A DNA stretch of 63,847 nucleotides, counting the filler, from Stramenopiles sp. TOSAG23-2 (Eukaryota): NCBI GenBank assembly GCA_900128395.1. It is 11 parts of 11 records of this genome, joined end to end, with 100 filler letters (N's around TTAATTAATTAA, not from the genome) between each part and the next. Parts side by side here need not be neighbours in the genome. Positions count along the whole stretch, not along the records: positions 11,657 to 17,376 come from LT650603.1; positions 17,477 to 23,196 come from LT650604.1; 9 more parts are not named here. One strand, 5' to 3'. Of this stretch, positions 11,730 through 23,043 are shown piece by piece. Position 1 is the stretch's first letter, and each line of letters starts with the position of its first letter. A model generated the notes under the pieces. It did not search any database. It had not been told where the DNA came from and worked only from the letters and a program-made list of their open reading frames with translations. The translations under genes were made by a program, and so were the position numbers.

Positions 11730-12365
11730 AAATTTAAATTAATAATATATGGCTACTGGTGTAAATGTAAAATATTTAATCCAATTATTCGACCGATAAG
11801 AAAAATAAATAAACCGAAGTAATTTCAATCCACACACACGCACAGATATATCTCTCTCTATATATATATAGAACGCAACTTGTATAAATGGTAATTTATA
11901 GCAAAAAATTATACACATGGAATGATTGTGCTTGCAATGTACATTTTCACATCACATTAATTATTTTTTTTGATGAATAAAATAATAAAAAAATTATTAA
12001 TCCCTTTTCGTGTTTCCACTTTAAGTATAAATTACAAATATGTGCCATTGATAGGTGAAATCAGAAAATCGAATGAGGTTGGAAGCAATCAATTTGAGGG
12101 AGTTGAACGTTACCAAAAAGACCAAATTCTCTATGCTTAAAAAAAACCCATGTATTATTATCTATTATCTATATATTTTTTTGTAGAGAAGCAATATACA
12201 TGTAAATATATATAAATATAATATACCAAATTGTATTCATAGATACAACCAATATTCGATATATATTTAGAGAGTGAATATATATATATTTACATACAAC
12301 CCCCCCTAATTTTTTTTTCCAATTATTAATTTTGTATATATCTTAATATACATACACATTATTTG

Positions 12366-13676
12366 ATGGGAGATATTATTAATATGGAAGAATGCCCAAT
12401 ACCAAAGACACCACAACAAGTTTCTATCGATAGAGGTGGTGTGAAACGACCAAATCGTATGAGTTTATTGATTGCAGGGAAAAGTAATTTATTCAATACA
12501 GGAGATTCCGATTTTAATTTTGTATCTACTCCAGAACACATGAGAAACAAAAATGGAAATGAAAGTCCTGCACAAGTTAATCCTATAGATCTTGTACATC
12601 AAATATCAGATTTACAAAAAGCTTTACGTACAGTAACAAACGAATTAGATTATACAAAGAAACTTTTAGCAGTTGAAAGTAAAAAGAGGCGTGAGCTTGA
12701 AAGTACATCTTCACCTACATCAATATCAGAACCATTTATAAATTTTAATAACAAAGGCTCTAACTATACAAACAGCCAACAAGAAATAGGTATTAAAATA
12801 TTAAATGGTGTAAGTAAAATGGCTACCGGTATTAATGAATTACAAGAATCTATTAAATTAAGTTTAAGTATGTCATTTACGGAGGAAGAAGAAGATATTC
12901 ATAATGATAATACGAATAAAAAGAAAAACAATAAAGGGAAAAAAAAAGGTAATGGAAATAATATAAATGGTAATAATAATAATAGTAATAATAATAGTAA
13001 CGATGCGATAAATGGTAGTCAACAATCTGCAAATACTACCAGATCAACATATCCTGCTGAAAATGATGTTAAAAATCAAATCAATTCATTTCAAAAATCA
13101 TTGAAAAATCCAACTGGTACGCCTTCTAGTCGAAAAAGTTCATATTCGTTACATCCGGATGTATTCTGCGGACATGGCACACCAGCATGGTGTACGACGC
13201 TGCAAATTGGTGATAAGTTAGATGCAAGGGATTCAAATAGGAAATGGTATAAATCTGTTATTGTAGATAAAAAGTATGAAGGATCAACCTGTAAAATTAA
13301 AATTCATTTCATTGGATGGAATGAAGATTGGGATTTATGGATGGATACAACGTTAGATATTGCAAATCTAGCACCATCCGGTATCCATACAGAAGAAGAA
13401 CATGATGTGGTGAAAAAGGATCATGTAGAAGAATCATCGAAAGAAGAAGAAACGGTAGAAGTTATGTTAAATTCAGGAGCATCCTCAAAACAGGAAGAAA
13501 ATGATGACGATGATAATGATGATGGCAATACAAGTAGTAAATTACAATCCCACCAGGATGATGATGACCGTCATCAAAGTCATTCACCAGGCGGTATGGA
13601 AATATCTTTAAGTCCTGTAATTATAGCAAGAACACCATCCAATAATTATCGTAGTACATCCATTACATATGTTTAA
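12366..13676 (+). CDS. Coiled-coil protein with Tudor/MBT-like (royal family) domain
   Basis: LQIGDKLDARDSNRKWYKSVIV...IKIHFIGWNEDWDLWMD aromatic-cage motif; N-terminal coiled coil; Asn-rich linker. Confidence 0.75.
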   Translation: MGDIINMEECPIPKTPQQVSIDRGGVKRPNRMSLLIAGKSNLFNTGDSDFNFVSTPEHMRNKNGNESPAQVNPIDLVHQISDLQKALRTVTNELDYTKKLLAVESKKRRELESTSSPTSISEPFINFNNKGSNYTNSQQEIGIKILNGVSKMATGINELQESIKLSLSMSFTEEEEDIHNDNTNKKKNNKGKKKGNGNNINGNNNNSNNNSNDAINGSQQSANTTRSTYPAENDVKNQINSFQKSLKNPTGTPSSRKSSYSLHPDVFCGHGTPAWCTTLQIGDKLDARDSNRKWYKSVIVDKKYEGSTCKIKIHFIGWNEDWDLWMDTTLDIANLAPSGIHTEEEHDVVKKDHVEESSKEEETVEVMLNSGASSKQEENDDDDNDDGNTSSKLQSHQDDDDRHQSHSPGGMEISLSPVIIARTPSNNYRSTSITYV

Positions 13677-13850
13677 ATGTACGCACACATAACACATACG
13701 TGAGATTATATTATAATTTAAATATTAAAGATAGAATACTTCGTGCAATGAAGTATAATATGATATATATTCCTGTTTTTTAGCATATATTAAAAAAATG
13801 TTGTGTACGAAAATTATAGCGTAAACTAAAACTTAATTTTTTATATATGA

Positions 13851-14050
13851 TATATGTGTTTTTCTCTTACTCATATGATATATATATGTGTTTTTCTCTT
13901 ACTCCTATGTTATATAAAATTCTTTTACTCCCGTTTATTAACATCTCAAATCAAAAATGATTTATAAATTTTAGATATATATTAATATATATACATATTA
14001 CTTTTTAAACAATAAATTATGCGTAAATATTATAACTTAGATTTTAACCA
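13851..14050 (+). repeat. Repeat family A copy 3 plus family C segment between convergent genes
   Basis: Two tandem TGTGTTTTTCTCTTACTC heads, then the family A core, then ATTATAACTTAGATTTTAACCA. Confidence 0.8.
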
Positions 14051-14103
14051 TCATATATTTACACTTTAAAATATACTATATATACGAGTATTATCACATA
14101 TAT

Positions 14104-15831
14104 TTAATCACTATCACTATCTGAAAATGTTTTTTTCGTGGCAGTTAACCCAATTAAATCTTCCTTTGGACCGAACCTTCCATACGTTTTATGTTCCTTT
14201 CGTTTTACTGTACTACCAAATTTCAACAATGCATCTGGTATAGGTTGCTTTGCTTCTCTTAATACATTTTGCAATTCACCACTCCTTGCTTTATCAAAGT
14301 TGGTAAAAAAAGTATGGGAAATACCATATTTACCAGCACGACCAGTACGTCCAATTCTGTGTATGTAATCCTCAATTGTCAATGGGAACGATACATTTAT
14401 AACGCATTCAACATTTGGTATATCAAGTCCACGTGCAGCCACATCAGTTGCAATTAAAAGTGGAATTTTACCATCTTTAAATGATTTCAACGCACTTGTT
14501 CTTGCCTCTTGTGTTTTGTTTCCATGAATAGCAATACAATTCCATCCATTTCTAGATAACATAGATTCCAACCGTTCTGCCTCTTTTTTGTACAATGCAA
14601 AGCATAACACACGATTTTTTCGTGATTTATGATATTTTTGTAACAGTTGCAACAATCGCTTTTCCTTTGCTCTTGGCTCAATGACTTCAACAGTTTGTGA
14701 AACACGTACGTTAGCAGTCAAATCTTTGCTGCCAATATATACATTTACTGGATTCATCATGAATTCTGATGCTAATTTACGAATGGATTCCGGCCATGTA
14801 GCACTAAATAATGATGTTTGTCGTTGTTTATTGCATAATCCAATTAATCGTCTCATATCTCTTTCAAACCCTTGATCAAGCATTCTATCTGCTTCATCCA
14901 AAATCAATTGGGATACATTGGATAAATCCAATGCATCTGTATTTTCTGCTAAATCTAACAAACGTCCAGGTGTGCCAATAACGACAGCAACGCCATTATT
15001 CAATGCACGGAATTGATCACGTTTTGGTACACCACCATATATACAAACATTTTTTAATGGCATTTCATCTGCAACAACATTTGTTTGCATAGCTAATTCT
15101 CGTGTTGGTGCAACGACTAAAATTCTTGGTTTGTTTAAATCTTTGATATTGTTATCATTTAAAATTTTCCATACTGCTGGCAATAAAAAACCAAGTGTTT
15201 TCCCAGAACCCGTCTCTGCAATACCAACAATATCACGCCCAGCTGATAATATTGGCCAACATTGTGCTTGTATTGGTGTTGGTGCCGTGAATCCTTTACA
15301 TACTGTTAATATGTTTGCACCAAATGCATTTTCTGCATTTATTAACGATTGCCATGGATAAAATTTTTCATCTTGATGACCATTACCTTCTAAAGTAAGT
15401 TCAAATTTTTCACGATATACTTTTGTATCTAAAGTTTTTACATCTGGAAAACCATTTGGAGAATTGCCATTTGATACTACTACTGCTGCTGTAGTATTAT
15501 TGTTGTTGTTGTTGTTGTTGTTATTATCATCATCATTACCACTACTATTTTTCTTTTTTTTCAATATAAATTTACCTTCTATTTCAAAGGATGATAATTT
15601 TTGTACTTCAGCTAAACATATTTTTTTCGCTTCATCCTTTGATACGGATGGATTTTCTTTTCTATATGCTCTAACGAGTTCTTTTCGTATAGGTTTAAAT
15701 TTCAACTTGTTTGTATCATTTTTTTTAAATATACTTTTAATTTGTTTTTTCCAAAATTTCGATGCTTTTTTTGCTTTTTTTGGTGATGAATTTCCGTTGG
15801 TGGCATCATTTGTACGATCACGTTTTCCCAT
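14104..15831 (-). CDS. DBP3: DEAD-box RNA helicase, Dbp3-like
   Basis: PTPIQAQCWP, AETGSGKT, PTRELA, DEAD, SAT, HRIGRTGRAG; Dbp3-type C-terminus LLKFGSTVKRKEHKTYG. Confidence 0.9.
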   Translation of the reverse strand: MGKRDRTNDATNGNSSPKKAKKASKFWKKQIKSIFKKNDTNKLKFKPIRKELVRAYRKENPSVSKDEAKKICLAEVQKLSSFEIEGKFILKKKKNSSGNDDDNNNNNNNNNNTTAAVVVSNGNSPNGFPDVKTLDTKVYREKFELTLEGNGHQDEKFYPWQSLINAENAFGANILTVCKGFTAPTPIQAQCWPILSAGRDIVGIAETGSGKTLGFLLPAVWKILNDNNIKDLNKPRILVVAPTRELAMQTNVVADEMPLKNVCIYGGVPKRDQFRALNNGVAVVIGTPGRLLDLAENTDALDLSNVSQLILDEADRMLDQGFERDMRRLIGLCNKQRQTSLFSATWPESIRKLASEFMMNPVNVYIGSKDLTANVRVSQTVEVIEPRAKEKRLLQLLQKYHKSRKNRVLCFALYKKEAERLESMLSRNGWNCIAIHGNKTQEARTSALKSFKDGKIPLLIATDVAARGLDIPNVECVINVSFPLTIEDYIHRIGRTGRAGKYGISHTFFTNFDKARSGELQNVLREAKQPIPDALLKFGSTVKRKEHKTYGRFGPKEDLIGLTATKKTFSDSDSD

Positions 15832-17303
15832 TATTGTTTCTTTACTAATTATAATAATAATAATTTCTTAATAATAATATTTTCTTGTACTAATAATGTT
15901 TATCTAATTGATTAACTTAATCTTTACTATCTGTTTTTTTTTTTTGTCCATGCCGCGCACATGACACGGACGAGCAATATACTTCTGTATTTCTATAAAA
16001 ATTGCACGAGAGAGAGAGAGTTGGAGTTATTTATGGTGTGATCAAAAGAGTGTTTGAATGTAAATTATAATGGATTATATGTGTAATAATTTATATACAC
16101 TAACAATAGAATAGTATATGTAATAATATCATACCAACACTGTTATTGTAATATCAATTTATCGGATATTTGATATATAAATGGAATAAACAAGAACATA
16201 TCAATGAACAAAATCATCCAGAATGTTTTACCTGTTTTATCTTCCTCGTTCCATTAGAGCCAATGAATCCAAATTACCTGCTATGCCCATATTAATATTG
16301 AAGCTATTGACAGAACCCTATTTCTAACTATATCTGGAAAAGACTTGGTGCTATTGTAGTGCTAATATAAGCGCTCAGAATTCCTGATTATGGGCTGTAG
16401 CTAGGGAAGACGAGGCGTTTAGTGAAGGGATCGAGTAGTGCTAATATCGGATATTTATATTGACACAAATCTATTATAGTTTTGTAATTTCGGTCAACTG
16501 GCAATAGCTTTTTGCACAAAATATGGTATTTCAGTGCTGTGTAATGCTAATAGCTATTGCCAGTAATGAAAATTTGTCTGGGTGCTGTATACCTTCTAAA
16601 TGCTATACAAAACTGTGAGCACTTTTAACACTATACACTATGGGAAAAATATTCCATCAAGATGATCCATTCATATCCACAAAATAATGAATAAACAGGC
16701 TAATATTAGCACCTTATACACATGGGAAAAATTTCTGAAAAAATATATTAAGTATATATAATTGTATACTAAGATTCCTATTTTATTTGCTAAAACTATT
16801 AGTATACAAATATATATACTTAATATATTTTTAAAAAAAAGAATGAACGATTTTTGCAGTTTTTCCCTTGTTGAACAAAACTTGGAAACCATTTTTTATA
16901 TCAAGAAATTAATAGGCATGCAATTTAATATACTAATTAAATTCACTAAATAACATATAAATACAAGGTACAACCCAATATTTAGTTTATACTTAGAAAC
17001 ATTGACTTCAAGATTATTAGTCTAAAACGTTCTGAAATTCTATATTCTATTATTGTTGTGTTAGAATATATATAAATAGATTCTATTTATCAAGGAAGAG
17101 GAAGATATAAATGATCAACAGAAACAACAAAACATTGCAACAACAATATATAACCATCATTACGAACATTATTATATAACAAATAACGGGCACGTGGGTT
17201 TTTAATATAATATATACATATATATATAAAACGACTTAGCTCAAAAAAAACAAAAAATATAAAAAATACAAAAATTATATAGATTTATTATTATTATTTA
17301 AAT

Positions 17304-17376
17304 ATGTCAGATCAAGTGAACAAAAAAGCATATCCATTAGCTGAATCTAAATTAAGTGCAACCATACTTGAAAACC
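17304..17376 (+). CDS. SNU13: Snu13/15.5K (NHP2L1) N-terminus, 3' partial; not in the ORF track
   Basis: MSDQVNKKAYPLAESKLSATILE matches the conserved VNPKAYPLAD..L...ILD start. Confidence 0.8.
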
Positions 17377-17555
17377 NNNNNNNNNNNNNNNNNNNNNNNN
17401 NNNNNNNNNNNNNNNNNNNNTTAATTAATTAANNNNNNNNNNNNNNNNNNNNNNNNNNNNNNNNNNNNNNNNNNNNTGCACAGATATTGTGCACCGTTTC
17501 TACATTTTGCAAAATTTTGAAGTACCAGATATCATACGAGTAGTAGGATAGAATT

Positions 17556-17667
17556 AATTATTCTTGAGATTGAGTATTGAGCATATATTGGTTAAAATCT
17601 AAGTTATAATATTTTTACACTTCTCGTGTTAAAGTAATATGCTCAATACTCAATCGCAAGAATAATT
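17556..17667. repeat. Family C foldback with 31-bp inverted arms
   Basis: AATTATTCTTGAGATTGAGTATTGAGCATAT (17556-17586) vs ATATGCTCAATACTCAATCGCAAGAATAATT (17637-17667), one mismatch. Confidence 0.8.
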
Positions 17668-17837
17668 GAGCATATATATACCCTGTATATATTACTTAGC
17701 ACGGGAAGTAAAATTATTACGAATTTGTATATAGCTTATAGATTTTAACCATCCTTTTAAATATGCATACGATATAATATATCATATTAAAATATAATAT
17801 ATAATACATATATATATATGTTGTATATGTTGAACAA

Positions 17838-18100
17838 TCTTTTGAATACTAAATAATTTTTACTACATAAAATTTATAAATCATTTTTGATTTGAGATGT
17901 TAATAAACGGGAGTAAAAGAATTTTATATAACATATGAGTAAGAGAAAAACACATATATGTATATGCATAAGAGTACGACTATACGTACGACGTACAAAA
18001 ACGGGAGTAAAAGAATTTTATATAACATATGAGTAAGAGAAAAACACATATATGTTGTAAAAGAAATTTATATAATATATATGAGTAAGAGAACATTTTA
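17838..18100 (-). repeat. Repeat family A copy 4 with partial tandem reiterations
   Basis: Reverse complement of the family A core; GAGTAAGAGAA sub-unit occurs three times. Confidence 0.85.
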
Positions 18101-18114
18101 TATATATATGTTGT

Positions 18115-21100
18115 TTAATTCATACGCTGCATTTCAACATGATTGCTTCTTTCTCCACCTCTACTACTAGATCCAAATAAAAGTATCAACAATATCAAAT
18201 GCATGACACCAAAATAGATGTATGTATATTGTCGAACTTTTGGACTAAGATGTTGAATTGCCATTTTAAATTCAGAAATTAAAGATCTCATTTCTCGTCT
18301 TTGCTTATCGTTATCTAAATTTTCACCACTGCTGCCATTACTTCTTAAACCAGATTCAATATCAATTGCACGAAAATCACTAATTATTTCATTACTATTA
18401 CTACCACCACCTTCATTACTTTCAACCGCAACGGCTGAACCTAATCGTTTCTTCAATGCATTTGTTTTTTGTAATTCTTCAATCGTTTTCTTTAAGTCTT
18501 CGTGTGACGCTTTTAATAAATCACTTTCACGTTTAAAATCATTTTGTAACGATTTTTTCTCTTGTACATGTTTTGCTCTTAATTCTACTATTGCATTTTC
18601 ATTACTTTGTAACGATTTTTTCTCTAGTACATGTTTTGCTTTCAATTCTACTATTGCATTTTCATTTTTAAGCTTTAACTCGGTCGCAATTCCAGCATGT
18701 TCATCCTCTAATTTACGTATTGCAAGTTGATGGTCATTATGCATATCATTTAGACTCTTTTTATTATCTTCTGCATATGTATCAAATTGCTTCTTATGAT
18801 GCAATACTAATGCATTTGCTTTTTTTAATTTCGTTTCATGTTCATCCTCTAATTTACGTATTGCAAGTTGATGGTCATTATGCATATCATTTAGACTCTT
18901 TTTATTATCTTCTGCATATGTATCAAATTGCTTCTTATGATGCAATACTAATGCATTTGCTTTTTTCAATTTCGTTTCATGTTCATCTTTTATCAATTTC
19001 ATAGCACTTTCATGCGCTTTGATCATATCCTCTTTTTCTTTGGAGTGTTGTTGTTTTAATTTCATTTCTTTGCTATTTTTTAAATGCATGTTAATTATAT
19101 CTTCTTTTTCTTTTGAATGTGCAGTCGCAATATCATCTTTTTCTTGTTGATAAACCGCTATCATCTCTTCTTTTTCTTTCGAAAATGCTTTCAACGTATC
19201 CTTTTTCTCCTTTAAATATTGCTTTTGAACACTTTGAAATTCATTTTGCAAGTCTTCAAAGCGTTTATTTGCTTGATTGTCAGTTTTCGTTTTGTTATTT
19301 GCAATTGTTTCTTCCATTTTTTTTAATTCCAATTCTTGTTTTAATTTCATTTCTTCGCTATTTTTTAAATGTGTGTTAATTATATCTTCTTTTTCTTTTG
19401 AATGTACAGTCGCAATATCATCTTTTTCTTTTTGATAAATCGCTATCATCTCTTCTTTTTCTTTCGAAAATGCTTTCAACGTATCCTTTTTCTCCTTTAA
19501 ATATTGCTTTTGAACACTTTGAAATTCATTTTGCAAGTCTTCAAAGCGTTTATTTGCTTGATTGTCAGTTTTCGTTTTGTTATTTGCAATTGTTTCTTCC
19601 ATTTTTTTTAATTCCAATTCTTGTTTTAATTTCATTTCTTCGCTATTTTTTAAATGTGTGTTAATTATATCTTCTTTTTCTTTTGAATGTGCAGTCGCAA
19701 TATCATCTTTTTCTTTTTGATAAACCGCTATCATCTCTTCTTTTTCTTTCGAAAATGCTTTCAACGTATCCTTTTTCTCCTTTAAATATTGCTTTTGAAC
19801 ACTTTGAAATTCATTTTGCAAGTCTTCAAAGCGTTTATTTGCTTGATTGTCAGTTTTCGTTTTGTTATTTGCAATTGTTTCTTCCATTTTTTTTAATTCC
19901 AATTCTTGTTTTAATTTCATTTCTTCGCTATTTTTTAAATGTGTGTTAATTATATCTTCTTTTTCTTTTGAATGTACAGTCGCAATATCATCTTTTTCTT
20001 TTGAATGTACAATCGCAATATCATCTTTTTCTTTTTGATAAACAGCTATCATCTCTTCTTTTTCTTTCGAAAATACTTTCAACATATCCTTTTTCTCTTT
20101 TAAATATTGCTTTTGAACACTTTGAAATTCATTTTGCAAGTCTTCAAAGCGTTTATTGGCTACATTGTCCATTTCTATTGTTTTCGTAGCAAATTTTTTC
20201 TCCATTTTTTTTAATTCCAATTCTTGTTTTAATTTCATTTCCTCACTATTTGCGACTAATTTTTCTTTCATTTTGAGATCATCAATGTGAATAGTGATTT
20301 GTTTTTCCAATTCTACATTTTTTGATTTCAACGTTTCAATTTTCTGATTTAGTTCATTAATTTTTTCTTCATTCTCGTTACCACTACCACTAGTACTACT
20401 ACTACTATTATTCAGCTCCTCCTCTTCTAATTTCTCCTTTGATTTTATTAATTCTTCATTTTTCGTTTCTAGCTCTTTTATTTTGTTCATCCATTCAGTT
20501 AATTTCTGTTGTGCCATATTTTCATTCATTCGTAATTCTGAAATTGTATTTTCATATTCCAACATCGATGCCTTCATTTTTTCTTCTTGCTCTTTTTTAA
20601 TCGAAATTTCTAAATGTTTTATTTCTTCTTTGTGCTTGGTTTTTAACGAATGTATTACTTTCTTATATTTATCTTGCGTTTTTTTAAGCACTTCTTTTGC
20701 TTTGACTTTTATACCTTTGATTGAATCAGAAGAGGAAGCATTATTTTTTATTTTCACCTCGTATTCATTCATTTTTACCTCGTATTTAGTAATTTCCCCC
20801 TCGTATTTGGTAATTTCCCCTTCACATTCATTAATTTTCACCTCTTGTTGTTGTTTTACGATTTCCAATTCTTGTACTTGTGTTTTAAGTTTTTCATTTT
20901 CTTCCTTGAATTGAATTGTATCCTCCTTTAAACGATCCATTTCATCGCCAGTATCATTAATTTTACCCTTGCATTTAATAATTTCCCCTTCACATTCATT
21001 AATTTTCACCTCTTGTTGTTGTTTTACGATTTCCAATTCTTGTACTTGTGTTTTAAGTTTTTCATTTTCTTCCTTGAATTGAATTGTATCCTCCTTTAAA

Positions 21101-21759
21101 CGATCCATTTCTTCTTGATTATTATTATTATTATTACTCCCATCTTTCTTTTTCTGTAACCTAATGACAGCCGCCGCATCTTCTTTTGCACGTTTAGCAC
21201 GTTCCAATGCTTTTTTCTTTTTCTTTTCCAGTGAAATGATTTCATGTTTTTGCTTTTCACATAAAATCCTACTTTCTTCTAAATCTTTTTCCAATAAAGT
21301 AGCCAAGTTACTTTTTTGCAATAATTCTTCTTGAAGTGTTGCAATTTGTTTCATTTGATCGTCACTAGCGTTATTATTATTCGTATCATTATCTTCAGGC
21401 CAACTTGGAATATCATCCCCATCGGTATTTTGTTGTTGTGGTTGTTGTTTCTTCTGTTGAGATAATACTAATTTCAAATCTTCCATTTCTTTTGTTTGTT
21501 GATGTATTAAAGTTTTTAACGATTCGTTTTCTTCTTTTAATAATTTTACTACATATTCACGTGGTGAAGTTATGTCATTATGTTCCCCTAAATTTGAATT
21601 CTGGGTTTTAGGTGAATCATCGTCCATATCTTGTTGTTGTGGTGTTAAAAAATCAGCTGCTTGTTCATCCGCTTCATTTAATAAATCTACAACTGAATTT
21701 TTTAACGGAGTGGCATAATCCGTCACCGTTTCAGTTAATGAATTCCACAATGATGCCAT
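18115..21759 (-). CDS. Long coiled-coil protein with C-terminal TM anchor (golgin-like)
   Basis: E/K-rich heptads; in-frame tandem repeats with 285-, 174- and 123-bp periods; tail anchor YIYFGVMHLILLILLF resembles golgin-84/CASP-type Y...H TM segments. Confidence 0.75.
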   Translation of the reverse strand: MASLWNSLTETVTDYATPLKNSVVDLLNEADEQAADFLTPQQQDMDDDSPKTQNSNLGEHNDITSPREYVVKLLKEENESLKTLIHQQTKEMEDLKLVLSQQKKQQPQQQNTDGDDIPSWPEDNDTNNNNASDDQMKQIATLQEELLQKSNLATLLEKDLEESRILCEKQKHEIISLEKKKKKALERAKRAKEDAAAVIRLQKKKDGSNNNNNNQEEMDRLKEDTIQFKEENEKLKTQVQELEIVKQQQEVKINECEGEIIKCKGKINDTGDEMDRLKEDTIQFKEENEKLKTQVQELEIVKQQQEVKINECEGEITKYEGEITKYEVKMNEYEVKIKNNASSSDSIKGIKVKAKEVLKKTQDKYKKVIHSLKTKHKEEIKHLEISIKKEQEEKMKASMLEYENTISELRMNENMAQQKLTEWMNKIKELETKNEELIKSKEKLEEEELNNSSSSTSGSGNENEEKINELNQKIETLKSKNVELEKQITIHIDDLKMKEKLVANSEEMKLKQELELKKMEKKFATKTIEMDNVANKRFEDLQNEFQSVQKQYLKEKKDMLKVFSKEKEEMIAVYQKEKDDIAIVHSKEKDDIATVHSKEKEDIINTHLKNSEEMKLKQELELKKMEETIANNKTKTDNQANKRFEDLQNEFQSVQKQYLKEKKDTLKAFSKEKEEMIAVYQKEKDDIATAHSKEKEDIINTHLKNSEEMKLKQELELKKMEETIANNKTKTDNQANKRFEDLQNEFQSVQKQYLKEKKDTLKAFSKEKEEMIAIYQKEKDDIATVHSKEKEDIINTHLKNSEEMKLKQELELKKMEETIANNKTKTDNQANKRFEDLQNEFQSVQKQYLKEKKDTLKAFSKEKEEMIAVYQQEKDDIATAHSKEKEDIINMHLKNSKEMKLKQQHSKEKEDMIKAHESAMKLIKDEHETKLKKANALVLHHKKQFDTYAEDNKKSLNDMHNDHQLAIRKLEDEHETKLKKANALVLHHKKQFDTYAEDNKKSLNDMHNDHQLAIRKLEDEHAGIATELKLKNENAIVELKAKHVLEKKSLQSNENAIVELRAKHVQEKKSLQNDFKRESDLLKASHEDLKKTIEELQKTNALKKRLGSAVAVESNEGGGSNSNEIISDFRAIDIESGLRSNGSSGENLDNDKQRREMRSLISEFKMAIQHLSPKVRQYTYIYFGVMHLILLILLFGSSSRGGERSNHVEMQRMN

Positions 21760-22590
21760 TTTTTGTTTGTTTATTATTTGTTGTGCGGAATGTATGCTAA
21801 AGATTAGTAGGTTATTGGGGTTATTTTATGGGGATTGTGTATATATACAGGGACTTGTACACTTGTATATTTGTGTTGGGTATATGTGGTATGGATGGTA
21901 TATGTATGAATATGCAATTCATTTTTTCTCACATACTAATACTGTTTATGTTATTCAATAATATTTTAATTATAATGTGCATGAATGTGAATATGTGAAA
22001 ACGCTTCTCTTCGGCACTTGCTTCGCACCTTCTTGGGAAAAAAAAAATTTCTGAAATCCATCATACTTTTTTTAAAATATATTAAGTACATATATTTGTA
22101 TACTAATATTCCGATTTTATTTGAACTATTTAGTGTACAAATATCAATATGTATGTAATGTGACGGCAGATATCAAAATTTAAAACGTCGGGTTGGTGAT
22201 TTAATATCGGAATAGCAGGTGTTATAATTCAGTCCTGTGTATATATTATTGCGATAGACATATTTGTACTTAGTAGAATATATATGTTACATAGGAAACA
22301 GATAATACAAATTTTGATCGGAGTATAGAAATTGTTGATGTTAGATGTAATAATTTACCTCCAATTACGGATTAGAGTAGGGAAAGTGATTCTATTTTAC
22401 ACATACAACAATATGGCAATTAAATTATGTCTAGTACAGGTTATACAAACAATACTAACACAATGGCATTGAAAAGGAGAAGAAGGAAAGAGAAGAGTAG
22501 AATTGTTTGTTTCTAAGGTCAGAAAAAGATAAAAAGTTAGTGGAATTAAAAGGTAACATGGAAAAGAAAGAAGGCATTGTAAATGTTTGC

Positions 22591-22605
22591 AAAAAAAAAA
22601 GAAAA
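22591..22605 (-). terminator. Pol III oligo-T terminator of tRNA-Val (also 23030-23044)
   Basis: TTTTCTTTTTTTTTT directly after the acceptor stem on the minus strand. Confidence 0.8.
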
Positions 22606-22678
22606 GGTCACAGTGGGAATCGAACCCACGACCTACTCGGTGTAAACGAGTCGTCATAACCAACTAGACCATGCGACC
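22605..22678 (-). tRNA. trnV-UAC: tRNA-Val(TAC), uninterrupted
   Basis: GGTCGCA TG GTCT AGTTGGTTA TGAC G ACTCG TTTACAC CGAGT AGGTC GTGGG TTCGATT CCCAC TGTGACC: complete cloverleaf with A and B boxes. Confidence 0.95.
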
Positions 22679-23043
22679 AGGTAGAAACTTGTAGAAGCTT
22701 CTTGCATGTTGTTGTTCTTACTGAAATTGGCAAAAAAAGTGTATATATATGTATCTATTGTTTTTTCCTCCTTGAAACACCTTATTCCAGATTTCACCTC
22801 CAATTACGGATTAGAGTAGGGAAAGTGATTCTATTTTACACATACAACAATATGGCAATTAAATTATGTCTAGTACAGGTTATACAAACAATACTAACAC
22901 AATGGCATTGAAAAGGAGAAGAAGGAAAGAGAAGAGTAGAATTGTTTGTTTCTAAGGTCAGAAAAAGATAAAAAGTTAGTGGAATTAAAAGGTAACATGG
23001 AAAAGAAAGAAGGCATTGTAAATGTTTGCAAAAAAAAAAGAAA

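Noticed and set aside
18720-20189. Repeated + strand 88-aa ORFs (MNVQSQYHLFL...)
   Set aside because: Antisense shadows of the 285-bp in-frame repeats of the coiled-coil gene
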